Below, in pieces: positions 14,029-26,974 of a stretch of DNA of 64,000 bases. The stretch comes from Okamejei kenojei (taxonomy: Eukaryota), in assembly GCA_035221665.1 (NCBI GenBank), contig CM069156.1:22320001-22384000 (forward strand), in the 5' to 3' direction. Under the pieces are notes generated by a model that was given only the letters and a program-made list of their open reading frames with translations, did not search any database and was not told the DNA's origin. The position numbers were made by a program, and so were the translations under genes. Every line of letters begins with the position of its first letter. Positions within the stretch are counted from its first letter, which is position 1.

Positions 14029-14225
14029 GCTTAATCTTATATACTTGCTCTTCACCCTGACAAATGGGGACGGTGGGCATGAAATCCTGTTTGTTATGAA
14101 TACATAATGGAATGGTGCATTTTGTTTACCCTCCAGAAAATCTGAAATTTCTGGGAGTATTTGAAATGTGCATTACTTTGTATGATTAGTTAACTCCCTC
14201 AATTACTTCTCTCTTGCTTACACAG

Positions 14226-14294
14226 GACACCTTTGCATAGCTCTATATTGGCAGGAAACGAGTATGTCTTCACACAGTTACTGCAGTGTAAACG
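14226..14294 (+). CDS. ANKFY1: ANKFY1 coding exon (69 bp) ending at a GC donor
   Basis: cacag| (R)TPLHSSILAGNEYVFTQLLQCK CG|gcaagt; only the GC donor keeps frame with the next exon. Confidence 0.88.
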
Positions 14295-14393
14295 GCAAGT
14301 ATTTATTTAAATATATCATTGCCTTCTAAGAGAACCCTTTTGAATTCCGAAGTCAAGTTGTATTCAGCACTGATTTTTAAATGTTTGTTCCAG

Positions 14394-14590
14394 ATGTGAT
14401 TTGGAGTTGAAGGATCACGAAGGAAGTACTGCACTGTGGTTAGCACTTCAGGATATAACGGTGGATTCTGATCAATCAGTGAATCCATTTGATGATGTTC
14501 AGGTTGTGAACGGCACCTCTTTTGATGAGAATAGTTTTGCTGCAAAGCTTATAGCACGAGGCAGTAATCCTGATGCTCCAGATGCAAAAG
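14394..14590 (+). CDS. ANKFY1: ANKFY1 coding exon
   Basis: ttccag| CDLELKDHEGSTALWLAL...FDENSFAAKLIARGSNPDAPDAK G|gtaagg; 197 bp. Confidence 0.93.
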
Positions 14591-14622
14591 GTAAGGAAGC
14601 CAGCCAAGTAAAGTTAGATATA

Positions 14623-16212
14623 CAGTGCATTCAGAAAGTAATCAGACCACTTTTTCCACATTTTGTTATGTTACAGCCTTATTCTAAAATTGATCTTTTT
14701 AAATCATCAATCTACACACAATACCCCATAATACAAAAAGCGAAAACTGGTGTTTAGAAATTTCTGCAAAGTAATTAAAAATATATAACTGAAATATCAC
14801 ATTTACATAAGTATTCAGACCCTTTGCTAAGATACTCAAAATTGAGCTTAGGTTCACCCTGTTTCCATTGATTATCCTTGAGATGTTTCTACAAATTGAT
14901 TGGATTCCACCAGTGGTAAATCAAATTGACTGGACATGATTTGGAAAGGCACACACCTGTCTATATAAGGTTCCACAGTTGACAGTGCACGTCAGAGCAA
15001 AAACCAAGCCATGAAGACGAAGGAATTGTCCGTAGTCCTCCGAGACAGGATTGTGTGGAGACACAGATCTGGGGAAGGGTATAAAACAATTGCAGGCCCC
15101 GAAGAGCACAGTGGCCTCAGTCATTCTTAAATGGAAGAACTTTGGAACCACCAGGACTCTTCAAAGAGCAGATCGCCCGGCCAAACTGAGCAATCGGGAG
15201 AGAAGGGCCTTGGTCAGGGAGGCGACCAAGAACCCGATGGTCACTCGGACAGAGCTCCAGAGTTCCTTGTGGAGATGGAAGAACCTTCCAGAAGGGCAAC
15301 TATATCTGCAGCTCTCCACCAATCAGGTCTTTATGGTAGTGGCCAGATGGAAGTTACTCCTCAGTAAAAGGCACATGACAGCCCGCTTGGAGTTTGCCAA
15401 AAGGCACCTCAAGGACTCTCAGACCATGAGAAACAAGATTCTCTGGTCTGATAAAACCAAGATTGAACTCTTTGGCCTAAATGCCAACCGTCAAGTCTGG
15501 AGGAAACCGCTCATCACCTGGCCAATACCATACCTATAGTGAAGCATGGTGGTGGCAGCATCATGCTGTAGGGATGTTTTTTTTAGCGGCAGGAACTGGG
15601 AGATTAGTCGGGATCGAGGGAAAGATGAACAGAGCAAAGTAGAGAGAGAGATCCTTGATAAAAACCTGCTCCAGAGCATTCTGGACCTCAGACTGGGGCG
15701 TAGGTTCACCTTCTAACAGGGCAATAGCCCTACGCACACAGCCAAGACAATGCAGGAGCGGCTTCGTGACACGTCTGTGAATATCCTTGAGTGGCCCAGC
15801 CAGTGCCCGGACTTGAACCCGATCAAACATCTCTGGAGGGACCTGAAAATAGCTGTGCATCAACGCTACCCCTCCAACCTGACAGAGCTTGAGAGGATCT
15901 GCAGAGAAGAATGGGAGAAATTACCCAAATACAGGTGTGCCAAGAAGACTTGAGGCTGTAATCGCTGCCAAAGGTGCTTCAACAAAGTACTGAGTAAAGG
16001 GTCTGAATACATATGTAAATGTGATATTTCTGTTATTTATTTTTAATTACTTTGCAAAAATTTCTAAACTTGTTTTCGCTTTTTTATTATGGGGTATTGT
16101 GTGTAGATTGATTTAAAAAAAAAAGAGAGAATTTAATCCATTTTAGAATAAGGCTGTAACGTAACAAAATGTGGAAAATGTGAAGGGGTCTGACTACTTT
16201 CTGGATGCACTG
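14623..16212 (+). mobile_element. Full-length, defective Tc1-family DNA transposon with long IR/DR-type TIRs (Passport/SSTN-like)
   Basis: TA|CAGTGCATTCAGAAAGTA ... TACTTTCTGGATGCACTG|TA; TIRs of about 200 bp with internal repeats (AAGTATTCAGACCC); disrupted transposase inside. Confidence 0.95.
15011..15993 (+). pseudogene. Tc1 DD34E transposase pseudogene
   Basis: MKTKELS..., KILWSDKTKIELFG, KHGGGSIML, LEWPSQCPDLNPIKHLW, ...AKGASTKY*; several frameshifts and stops; second catalytic D and the E are substituted. Confidence 0.93.
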
Positions 16213-17419
16213 TAAATGGTATTATTTGAAATTAGAATGATTAATGCTTCCAAATTTATGCTGGTATGACCAAGTCATTGGCAGTATGACCATCAAGAAT
16301 CTATCCATCAAGGACCTAGATCTTCTCCCTGTAACTTTTGACATTGTTACTAATCAACAACCCATCAATCTCCGATTTAAAAATACTTAATGACTTAGAC
16401 AATACTCAGACATTGAAGGATACAATACTCTGTGGCATTGAATTCCACATATTCACCACAATGAAATTCCCCCTCATGTCCATTCTAAATGTATGTCCTT
16501 TTATTCTGATGCTGTGCTCTCTGGTCCTAGACTCTCCCACTCATGAAGCCATTGGCCAATAGGGTTGACCGTTAAAGAAGGGCAAGGTTATTTACAATTG
16601 TATAGATTATTTATTTTGCGCAAACACTCTATTTCCTTTCTTTCTGTTTTTCTCTGCTATACTTTTTCTCAAAAATTGAGATATTTCATGCCTAGCTGCT
16701 ATGGCATTCTGCTATGTATATGATACATTTGAGTATGCTTCTAGTTTGTAACAAAGAGTACTAGATTCTGTTTGTTCGGTAATTTTGCTTTTTTTTAAAG
16801 TCGTATCTGAATTTTGTGTATGTATTTCAACCTTAACTCAAAGTAAGACTACAAAATGAAAAGGCATCTTCAACAATTCCGTGTCTCTAGCAGTAGAAGT
16901 TATTTCCTCAAAAGTTCCAAATAACCATCTTTCGTTCCCCTATCTATCCCTCTAATATTAAAATCCTTCCATCCGTATTCTGTTCCAATTCTTCTATTAA
17001 AACTATTTACTGATGTGGAATGTGTAAGAAGGAACAGCAGATGCTGGATTAAACTGAAGACACTGCTGTGGTATACTTATCATATTGCTACCCCATCTTT
17101 TCACCACTCATGGTTTCACAGACCCGTTTTATCTACTGGCTGCAAGTAAATTCCTGTCCAACCAATATTAAAATGAAACTTAAAATAAATGTATTCACCT
17201 TTCTAGTTATTCCCCAACTCTAAGCTTTACCTGAGTAGGCTTGGCATTGTCCACTTGCAGAAACTGCTATGTGAGACTGATACAGTATGGACACTTTAGG
17301 AATAAGTGAACCTAATTTAATTACATTTTATAGCTTTATGAAACGTCCTCCTGACCTATTGTGCTTTTGGAGACATTTAATGCAGTGAACTGCATTTAAC
17401 ACTCTAAATTCTATGCCAG

Positions 17420-17517
17420 GTAATTGTTTGATGCAAAGAGCGTCTGAGAGCAAAAATGAAGCTGCTGCACTTTTCCTGGTTGCTCATGGTGCAAAAGTGA
17501 ATCACATCAATCAAGGG
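17420..17517 (+). CDS. ANKFY1: ANKFY1 coding exon
   Basis: ccag| NCLMQRASESKNEAAALFLVAHGAKVNHINQG |gtgagt; 98 bp. Confidence 0.92.
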
Positions 17518-18117
17518 GTGAGTGAAAATAGTCTTCAAGGAGACTTTTTCTATTTGTTATGAATTAAGTCAATAAATAACTTTGGGGAAAATCTCAACAT
17601 ATTTGTGATCCATGTGTTGGCCAACATTTGATTGCATTAACTTTTATTCCAAGGAATTGTGCAGTACGAAGCATCATATTAAAATACTTCAGTGCCTTCA
17701 TTATGTTGACCGTCGCCAAAGCAAGCACACATTCGCTTACATTAATAAAAGCTCCACACTGTGGTGAGATGCAGAAAGACATCATCCAAGTTTTGATTTG
17801 TGCTCAAACATTCAATCTTATGCTTAGATTGGCACATAAGGAAAGAATGGCCAAGGATTTTTTTTTTCCATTTATTTTCTAATTACTCATGTTGTGTTGA
17901 CAAGACTGCAGTTTGAGTGAGTTGGGCAGATTAGCTTTCGCCCAGTACTAAGAATTGCTCATGAAAGTAAAAATCCCAAAATTGGGGCAGATCAAGATTA
18001 ACTGATCCAAATGAGGATTGTGAAAATATGAACCACTCGGTATTTAACTTGGTCTCTGTCTCTCCTTTTGTGTTTTCTTCCCACCACCATGTCACATTTG
18101 GCTGACCATTGACATAG

Positions 18118-18340
18118 GGTGAAACACCACTACACACGGCCTGCCGACATGGCCTGGCGAACCTCACTGTAGAACTATTGCAACATGGAGCAAATCCCAA
18201 CATTCAAACAAAACGGCCGCTTCCCACTGGCACTGGTGTGTCACAAGATACTGCTGACGGCCTCCACATGCAGACGCCACTTCACATGGCAATAGCAAAC
18301 AACCATCCAGATGTGGTATCTGTGATACTGGAGCAGAAAG
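18118..18340 (+). CDS. ANKFY1: ANKFY1 coding exon
   Basis: catag| GETPLHTACRHGLANLTVELLQHGANPNIQ...HPDVVSVILEQK G|gtaggt; 223 bp. Confidence 0.93.
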
Positions 18341-19758
18341 GTAGGTGTGTTTGTTTGCTGCACCGGCTTTACCTCATTAAGATGTTATTGTAGCTTCAGA
18401 TTAACACATTAAGAACTTTATGAAGGGCTTTTCCCTCTTCTCACTTTCCCTCTGTTCCATTTCCTCGCCTCACCATGACTTGAAGCAAATTTTAACATCT
18501 GCCCAATTAATGTTCGTATTCTTAGGGTGTACAGTATTGTGTCATCAGACCTGTTTTAACCAGTTTTTGCTCTGACAGACAATGTTATTAACTGGGGGAA
18601 AAAATATGGAGGGAAAATGTATTCCGGCCATTGGTTGCATTCATCCAAATTCACAGTAGTATCAAATGTGTACAACTGGCAGCTGATACACTCACTCATT
18701 TAGCACTAATTATAAATTAATTCTTCCCCCATGTTAAATATGTTAAATATGTAGTATTTTTATTGATGATTACCACTGATGGCAGTAAATTAATACTTAA
18801 ATTTGTTGAAAGCAATGAACCTACAAGAACAAGTGCCACTCATGACTGACACTCTTACACTTGAAGCGAGAGATTAATTTCTCCCCATGCCGGCTGTCCA
18901 CAGGTTATGAACTTCAGACTTGCGGACACCCTTAAATCGGACCGAACTCTCATAATAAATTTAAAAGTCCAACATAGGTACAAAAGTTTTGTTTTCCTCT
19001 ATCTCCTCTTTTAATAATTTCTTATCAGACGAATGTGCTGTTGATTGCATTCAATACCACACTGTGGAGATATGGCACCATTTTGAGTCGCTTTTGCTTA
19101 TTTTCCAACGAGTTATGGATGCCCGTATTTTAAAAAATCATCAATTTGGGATTGAGCCATAAATTCAATACCGTATTAACTCAAAACTTTAAATTCAAAG
19201 TAAACGGTAAAATAATAATTTGGACTTTGCAGGTCAGAACTGCTATGTCTGTGTGCACCATAATCTGGATTTTGCAGAGAAATGCCAGTAGTCCTATGTC
19301 CTACTACAGAAGTGCTAAACTTGTTGGTAGCTGTTTACTTATAATTCACAGTATCAGAGTGTGAAAATAGCCAGAAGGTGCATGATAGAATTTATCGAAA
19401 TAATCTGTGTAGAGCTATATCTAGCAAAGGAATGGCATATATCTTCAATTCACTGGTGAGGAATGGAAATCTTCATTTATTTGATTAGTTTGATTTTCAG
19501 AAACATTCCAAGTTCAATGATTGGTGCCCGTCTTAATTGATTTCAGATTTTGCAGGGGTTTTGTGGGCAGGAATTATTTTGTCATCTTGTCCATATCTTC
19601 TAACAAAGGATGGGCCATGCCATTTCCCAAGGGAGCAATCCCAGTCATCCTATTCTCCCCACCACCACCACAACACCCTGCGCTCCTGCAATTATTCTTG
19701 CGCTCACACATGTTCATGATTACCTTTAGATTCTTTGTGCTCTTGACCAATGTTGAGA

Positions 19759-20051
19759 GTGGCACCGTGGCACAGCGGGTAGAGGTGCTACCTCACAGCG
19801 CCAGATTCCTGGGATTGATCCATCTCGGGTGCTGTCTGTGTGGAGTTTTCATGTTCTCCTGTATCCACGTGGGTTTCGTCTGGGTGCTCCAGTTTCCTCC
19901 CACATCCCAAAGACATGCAGGTGTGTAGATTAATTGGCCCCGGTAAATTGCCCCTAATGGATGGGATTATATAGGACTAGTGTAAATGGATAATCAATGA
20001 TTAGTGTGGATTTGAAGGGCCTTTTCCATGCTGTATCTCTCAACTAAACTA
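19759..20051 (+). mobile_element. V-SINE (HE1-like), near full length
   Basis: GTGGCACCGTGGCACAGCGGGTAGAG...GGTGCTCCAGTTTCCTCCCACATCCCAAAGAC...CCATGCTGTATCTCTCAACTAAACTAA. Confidence 0.8.
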
Positions 20052-20297
20052 AGGGTTTTGTGGAGCAGTGGTGAGTGTGGGTAGCACATTGCTCCTTAAA
20101 TTTCAAGAGGTTATCCATTTAAGGTATTTGAGGAATTGGCACTTGGAAACTGGCAGATGCAATTGCCTCAAATGTTTTATACTCCAGTGAAAGAAATGTA
20201 TTTAGTTTAGTCTAAGTAAATAATTGGGTATTGTTTGCCCATTATTTGGAAAGTCTGAGCTGGAAAGAATACTAATTTTGTTCTTTTATCAACTTAG

Positions 20298-20396
20298 CAA
20301 ATGCACTTCATGCGGCTAGTAATCTGCTAATTATTCCTGACTTCAGCCTGAAAGATTCCAGAGATCAGACTGTTCTAGGATTGGCTCTGTGGACAG
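20298..20396 (+). CDS. ANKFY1: ANKFY1 coding exon
   Basis: ttag| NALHAASNLLIIPDFSLKDSRDQTVLGLALWT G|gtaatg; 99 bp. Confidence 0.93.
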
Positions 20397-20705
20397 GTAA
20401 TGGTGCATGCTTCCTATCATTTTATTGTATTTGCTCCTCTTCAAGAAATTAGAGTATTTCTACTTGGATAAGATGCTGAGAAGGATGTTGTTAGCTGAGC
20501 TAGATCTGTTATGATCATGGGAAATATCATGTTTGGTGCGATATGCCCTTATTGGAGAGTTGGGGAAAATGTAATTTACATCAACCAATTTAAAAGATAT
20601 TCAGGAGTAACTGAGATAAAGTCTTTTTTTTAAAACCTCTCTTACTTGACATGAGAACCCGAAGACCAACAGTTAACCATAGTACCAACTGCACTCTTCC
20701 TGCAG

Positions 20706-20859
20706 GCATGCACACAATTGCAGCACAGCTCCTTGGTTCAGGAGCAGCCATTAATGACTGTATGTCTGATGGTCAGACTCTACTGCACATGGCGATTCAG
20801 AGGCAGGATAGCAAAAGTGCCCTCTTCCTTCTTGAACACCAAGCTGATATAAATGTCCG
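20706..20859 (+). CDS. ANKFY1: ANKFY1 coding exon
   Basis: tgcag| MHTIAAQLLGSGAAINDCMSDGQTLLHMAIQRQDSKSALFLLEHQADINV CG|gtgagt; 154 bp. Confidence 0.94.
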
Positions 20860-21015
20860 GTGAGTGTGATGTGATACTAGGTACACCCTGCTTCTTTACG
20901 ATCTTGGTGCATAGCTGAATATGACCTTTTGACCATTTATCGTTCAGAACTTTTTCTCATTCTGATCTCCTTTGTTTTTACCCCTGAGTTCACTTCATTT
21001 TTTTTCCCCCCTCAG

Positions 21016-21184
21016 AACTAATGACAGTGAAACAGCTCTTCAGTTAGCCATCAAAAATCAGCTTCCGCTTGTTGTTGATGCTCTTTGTACACGAGGTGCA
21101 GATATGACTGTGCCGGATGAGAAGGGAAATGCACCTTTGTGGCTGGCCCTGGACAGTGGACTTGAGGACATTGCCTCCACGCTG
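21016..21184 (+). CDS. ANKFY1: ANKFY1 coding exon
   Basis: ctcag| TNDSETALQLAIKNQLPLVVDALCTRGAD...LEDIASTL |gtgagt; 169 bp. Confidence 0.94.
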
Positions 21185-23479
21185 GTGAGTGCTACCCAGC
21201 AATGATTTGAGATATTACCATAGTCTTCGGTTGATTCGTCTTTCTTTGTGCACAGATCTGGGGAAGGACAAAAATGCAAATTCTAAACAATTAGTTCTTC
21301 AAATATGCCACCCCTAGTGTAAATGTAATCATAGATCATTGAGTCGTGTTTTCATCAATCGTAAAGCATCTGTTGGGAATTGTCAAGTATTTGAAAGTCT
21401 TTTGTTCGACCTCTTCCCTGTGTTGAATATGACTGCCACAAGTCGACAAGTTGTCCTAACCTACAGAGGAAAGATAGAATGAAATTCTGGTTGCTAATGG
21501 TAATCCATTCTGTCTGCTGCATTTTATGTACTATCAGATTATATCACCACTAAGTTCACAAATAAAAGGCAGCAATTAGTTGACGCGCCTGCAGCATTCA
21601 TTCGCAATGATTCAGTTTTGACACATACGCTTCAATCAGAAGGTTGTGTTTAAGTTGGTGTCCAGAGGCTTGAAAACCAAATGTAGCAAGGAGCCTTGCA
21701 AAGTTGGCAGCCCCGTGTTAAGTGGACATGATACCTTCCATGGTACCTTCGGCAGGAAGTAGGCGAGCTCAGCTAGATGACTAAGCAACATTACGATGTT
21801 AAAACAAGACTTTGATGTTGCTGAGCCACGATTATTTTCTTTGCCATGATTACTGTATGATATTGATTCTTTTATATTTACAGAAATGTTTCACAGAAAA
21901 ATGTGCTGAGACAGATCTGCGATGAGAAATAGGAAAATGCATGGTGTTGTGTTGAATAGATACATTTCGAAAAATAACCTTTTGGGCGAAGAGAGCATTT
22001 TAGTTAATGTGGAATTATCAAGGGGATGGTGTCATCCTTGAGTGTTATTGGAACATCCATGCATATAAATAGTATTTAATTAATGTTCTCTTATGATACA
22101 GAAAATGAATAGTTCTGAGGAGTCCAAGAAATTGCTTACCAAATATCCAGGTCCAACTACTGAAATTTTTAGTCAATAAAGGTTTATAGATGTTAAACCC
22201 TAGACTAAGTGAATTCAGTGGGCGAATTCTCAGCAGTTTCATTGTCATTGCCAAATTGAATTAGCTGAATGCAGACATGTAGCATATACAAAGGCAGGGA
22301 TGAATTATCTGCAATATTCCTGGCTAAAGGATGTTGGTGAGTTTAGCCTCTCCTTTTGTACTCGCGTAGAAGTTATACAAGTTGGAGTATTCTGTGACGA
22401 GCCTTCTAAGAAAGTAGAGGTGCTAATGTGCTATCTTTGTGATTACATGGATATGCTAGTCCCAGCACAACTCAACCAAGCGTTTTCTCTCTCTCCAAAA
22501 TGCTGACTCAATGCTATCGAAGATTTGACGAACAACAGTGGTGTCGTGCATGAATATATAGATGGCATTGGAGCTAAACAACAAACGTTGGTGTCCTCTG
22601 CGTGAAAACTGAGTTTTGTCTCCACAAAATAGTCAGAATTAGAAACTAAATATCCTAGTATTGGGATCTATGAGACAATGAAACTGCAAGGAATAAACAA
22701 ACATACATTTGCAGATAAAGCCAAAGAAACAGTTAACCTTTCAATTCAATGACCCCTAGTCAGAATTAGGAGGAAAAATCCAAAAATATTTCATTGAGAG
22801 AATATAATGAGATACAAGCAATCAGCAACAATAGTAGAATTGAGAAATAGATGAGCATTTAACATTCTGGAAGTTGCTTATCAGTCCTTTTATGGCAAGT
22901 GTGAAATGGAGGAAAGCATAAATACATTGCCAAATATGTGGTTTAGGCTGGAGAATAGGGCGAAGTTTGGCTGCATCGAATTAGGCTCAGCACACTAATT
23001 CTTGCCTGAAAGGCAGTGGGTTTCTGCAACATTTTCAGAATAGCTTTTTGCAGCAAGGTTTATCTAGAAACAACAAGGGAGTATTAAAATGAAGACAGAA
23101 GCAAGTTGATAAAAATGTATTGCATGAAGTGCTGGCTTTAGCCACATTCTTATGGTGCATGAATATTTTGTGTAAAAGCAATCATAATATTCTTCAGTCC
23201 AATGTAATCATCAAAAGGAAGAAATATAAGGAAAATTTGAAGTAAAAACAAAGTGCTGAAAAGCTGTAGTTAAGGTTAAATTTTGTGAATGTCTCAAAAA
23301 TCCAAATTAAAAACTACAAAAGAGTGTGAAAAAGATTTCACACAATAGTTTTATTATATTGGGAAGAAGAAAATGTGGATGGTCAAGAGCCCTCTGAATC
23401 CTTTAAACATAAATATATTAAGTTAATGTTCATAAATGGCAGTGCCTTGGAATGTTGTAAAACAAAGAAACCAAAGGGT

Positions 23480-23990
23480 ACATGTTTCCTGAAAGTATCA
23501 ACACATGTAGACAAAGTGTTGAAGAAGGCATATCACATGCTTGCCTTCATCGGACAAGGCATTGAGTACAAGAGTTGGAACACCATGTTACAGCTGTGTG
23601 TGATTTTGGGACCATTAACTGGAATATTATGTGTCATTCTGATTGCCGTCCTATAGGAAGGAAGTGATTAAACTAGACTGGGTGTGGAAAAAAATGCCTG
23701 AGGATGTTGCTTGGAATGGAAGGCTTGTGTAATAAGAGGGGGGGGGGGGGCTAAAGAGGACACAAGGGGGCAGCTTTTTCCACATGGTGAGTATATGGAA
23801 CATGGAACTGCCAGAGGTGTTGGAGTCGGGTACAATCCCAATATTTAAAAATACATTTGGTCAAGTATATGGATAAGAAAGGTATGGAGGAATATGGGTC
23901 ATATGTGTGCAAATTGGACTAGCTCATGAAGGTCCTTGACGGGCATGGATGGGTTGGGCTGCAGAGTCTACATGAGTGCAGAATGACTCC
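23480..23990 (+). mobile_element. Old CR1-clade LINE 3' fragment
   Basis: VDKVLKKAYHMLAFIGQGIEYKSW..MLQL motif and a degraded CR1 3' region. Confidence 0.75.
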
Positions 23991-24426
23991 TGGCTGTAAC
24001 ATGGTGAGCATGTTGAATGATTTTCCTGTAAAGGAAAAGGAAAATATAGATGCCTTAAAATGTTTTGAAGCACAGCTAGGATCTTGTTAAAATTAACAAA
24101 AGCAAAATAGCATTGTTTAAATGGTGATAAATGCACATGATCAGCCGATTCCTGTCCTGTGTTCTAAAGTAGGTGAACACATTGCAGATGCCCTTACTCA
24201 ATTCAGGAACTTCCGTTAGATTGGTACAGGATCTCTCTGCTATTGAAGAAAGGTGAGAAAGGAAACTTGTGCAATTATAGACCAGTTAGCCTAACAAGTT
24301 TGTCATTAGTCTGTCATTAATTTTCAAAAAGCAAGTAATTGCAGATTTAAAAAATCTAAAATAACCACAACACAGCTGTAGATGCTCAGAAATTGTGGAG
24401 GGAGGAACAAAGTTAGTGTGCGGATT

Positions 24427-24543
24427 TTGGCCTGAAACGTTGCATATTTCCTTCGCTCCATAGATGCTGCTGCACCCGCTGAGTTTCTCCAGCATTTTTA
24501 TTTCCCTTCGATTTTCCAGCATCTGCAGTTCCTTCTTAAACAC
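24427..24543 (+). mobile_element. Short Penelope-like terminal-repeat (pLTR) insertion
   Basis: Matches the terminal repeat of the PLE at 53411-53944; flanked by TTAGTGTG(C/T)GGATT at 24413-24426 and 24544-24557. Confidence 0.8.
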
Positions 24544-24850
24544 TTAGTGTGTGGATTAATGCCTTTACAACAAAACTGGAACAATGTGAAAATGGGCAAG
24601 CTTTACGTTGCAGAGAAGGTTGGGGACGGGAGAACAAAGGGAATATATCTATGAAATGCTGGAGGTGAAGAGAGTCCAGGCAACACAAGTGCTGCTGGTG
24701 GCGAATGCCTGATAATCAGTTGATCTGTCTTGTAGTGTAAATGTAACTGAGGACAGAAGGGTAATAATGAGAAACTTTAATTTAGAATGATTTAAGATTG
24801 GTTAAAAAAGAATTTGAAAGCTCTGATATTAGCCTCCGGTCAGTTATTAT

Positions 24851-26407
24851 TAGCCAGGATTGTGCCATAAATGCCATGTGCCTTTTCATGCATTTTTTAG
24901 TGATTTCACCAGGATAATACCCTTTCAACGATCGAGTGCCTAAATCAGCCTATTTTTGCCGTTTTGCTAAAAGGTTGTACTATTTTCTCTAGTTGTACCA
25001 TGATTACAATGACATTTTCAATGTTAACACAATTAATGTTAATATTAATGTTATTATTAACGTGTTAACATAGTATAACTTGCAAGCCTGGCCCCTCATT
25101 CCATTTACTGAGTTTTCGAGTGATTTTTGCAAGGCATTCATTGATGCTGGAATTCCACTGTAGAAATTGGAAATCAAATCTCTCTGAGGTTTTTTAGAAA
25201 AATACACAGAGGAACATATACCAAGCGAGTAATCATTGTGGAAAAATTATGTTGACAGCAACTTCAACATTGTTGTGCAGAAAATTAGAGATGAAGTTGC
25301 ATGCAACAAAATATGGATCCCAATAGGTGAGACAACCGATGCTTTGGGGAGATATGTTGCCAATGTGATCATTGGTACACTGGAGGCAAGTCAACCAACA
25401 AAGGAGTATTTGTTGACATTGGAAGTATTGGGCAAGTCAAACAGCTCAACTATTGCTCAGTTGTTTACATCTTCACTTACTGTACTTAGGCCAGAAAGTA
25501 TAAAACACACAAATGTACTTCTGTTTGTGACAAAGTTTTATTCCCCAAAATGTTGTATTTGACATGCTTAGCTCAAGGACTTCATAGAATTACCAAGCAC
25601 AGACATAGCTTGTTTCCAAATGTTAATCGCCGAGGCATTGTCAAGAAAACCTTCCTCAAAATACAGTCACGTGTGCAGTTGTTCAAGGAAATGGCACCCG
25701 AGATTCCGCTACCTCCTCATCCCGTTTTGACTAGGTGGGGTACATGGCTCTCTGCTGTACTCTACTATGCTGCAAATTTTGAAAAGATAAAATAAATTGT
25801 CAACTCTTTTGAAGAAGAAGAATCTGCTGCAGTCAGAATCGTCAGTGAAATCACCAGAAAAAGTCCCTCTTGTTTATTGCTTTCCCACAAGCTACCACTT
25901 CCCTTGAGAAACGTGGCGAAACATTAGTGAATAACTTGCAGGTTTTTAACAAAGTAACTGACGATATTCACAAAGTTCCTGGCAATGTATGTAAAGACAT
26001 ACAAGGAAAATTCGAGAGTGATTTTAGCTAACAAAGATCTTGAAGAAATACAAAACATAGCTAAAGTTCTCAAAGGTAGTTGTAATGCACAAGATATCAA
26101 CATGAATATAGAGTCTGTAGCTTGTTTCGGGTATGCACCAGTGACCTCAGCTCAGGTAGTCAAATTTTTCACAACTGAAGCATATTCTGTCTGACAGACG
26201 GCATAGTGTAACACCAGATAATTTGAAAAAAAAATGCTAGTAATTATGTGCAACCAGGAAACTTTGGTCATTTAATGTAGTATACCTTTATATTATTATT
26301 TTTAACCATATTTTGTTGGTGGAAATAAATGCCTTTTTCGGGCCTTTTTTGTAATTTTATTTTGCCTTTTTCGGAGTTTTGTTTAGTGCCTAAACATCCT
26401 GGCTCTA
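24851..26407 (+). mobile_element. hAT-superfamily DNA transposon (DUF659/CGGBP-related type), internally deleted and decayed
   Basis: 8-bp TSD GTTATTAT/GTTATTAC; termini TAGCCAGGAT and ATCCTGGCTCTA; remnants KIWIPIGETTDALGRYVANVIIGTL, TCLAQGLHR, PVLTRWGTWL, YAPVTSA and a hATC-like C-terminus (LKHILSDRRHS). Confidence 0.85.
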
Positions 26408-26551
26408 GTTATTACAATTGTAGAGTATCACTACATTTGCCCTACAACTTCTGTTGTTCAGTTTCTCTATTGGCTGGACAACTTTTGTGTTTGGATTTAT
26501 AATTGCTACAGAACAAACTTCATCCTAAACTGAAAACTCCTTTAATTTCAG

Positions 26552-26670
26552 GTGAGACATGGCTGTGATGCAACGTGTTGGGGTACCGGACCCGGCGGGT
26601 GTCTGCAGACTTTGTTACACCGAGCCATTGATGAGAATAACGAGAATTCTGGATGCTTCCTTATCCGCAG
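26552..26670 (+). CDS. ANKFY1: ANKFY1 coding exon
   Basis: ttcag| VRHGCDATCWGTGPGGCLQTLLHRAIDENNENSGCFLIR AG|gtatag; 119 bp. Confidence 0.93.
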
Positions 26671-26974
26671 GTATAGAATGGATTATCTTTAAATGCCCAC
26701 GTTCAAAATTGCATGGCATTAAAGGCACCGACTTGAAATCTTTGTTTTGAGGGGGAGTTTAAGTTTTGTGTAATTTGTCCAATGCACTTGTTATGGACCA
26801 CTTTCCTATTGTGATGCTGTGTGAAATGTCTACACCAAGTGACCTCCAAACATCTGTAGAGTAACTTTATTGTTATGTTGAGTGGGGAATTCATGCTCGG
26901 GATCTGTCTGCAGGTGCTTTTTAAATTTAATGCCTTAATCAGCATTGTTGCCGTGCTGGTTATTTTGAGAAAGA

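Noticed and set aside
18888-19290. Possible Tigger/pogo-like MITE
   Set aside because: Only a weak left-end resemblance; I could not establish a matching right TIR or TA TSD.
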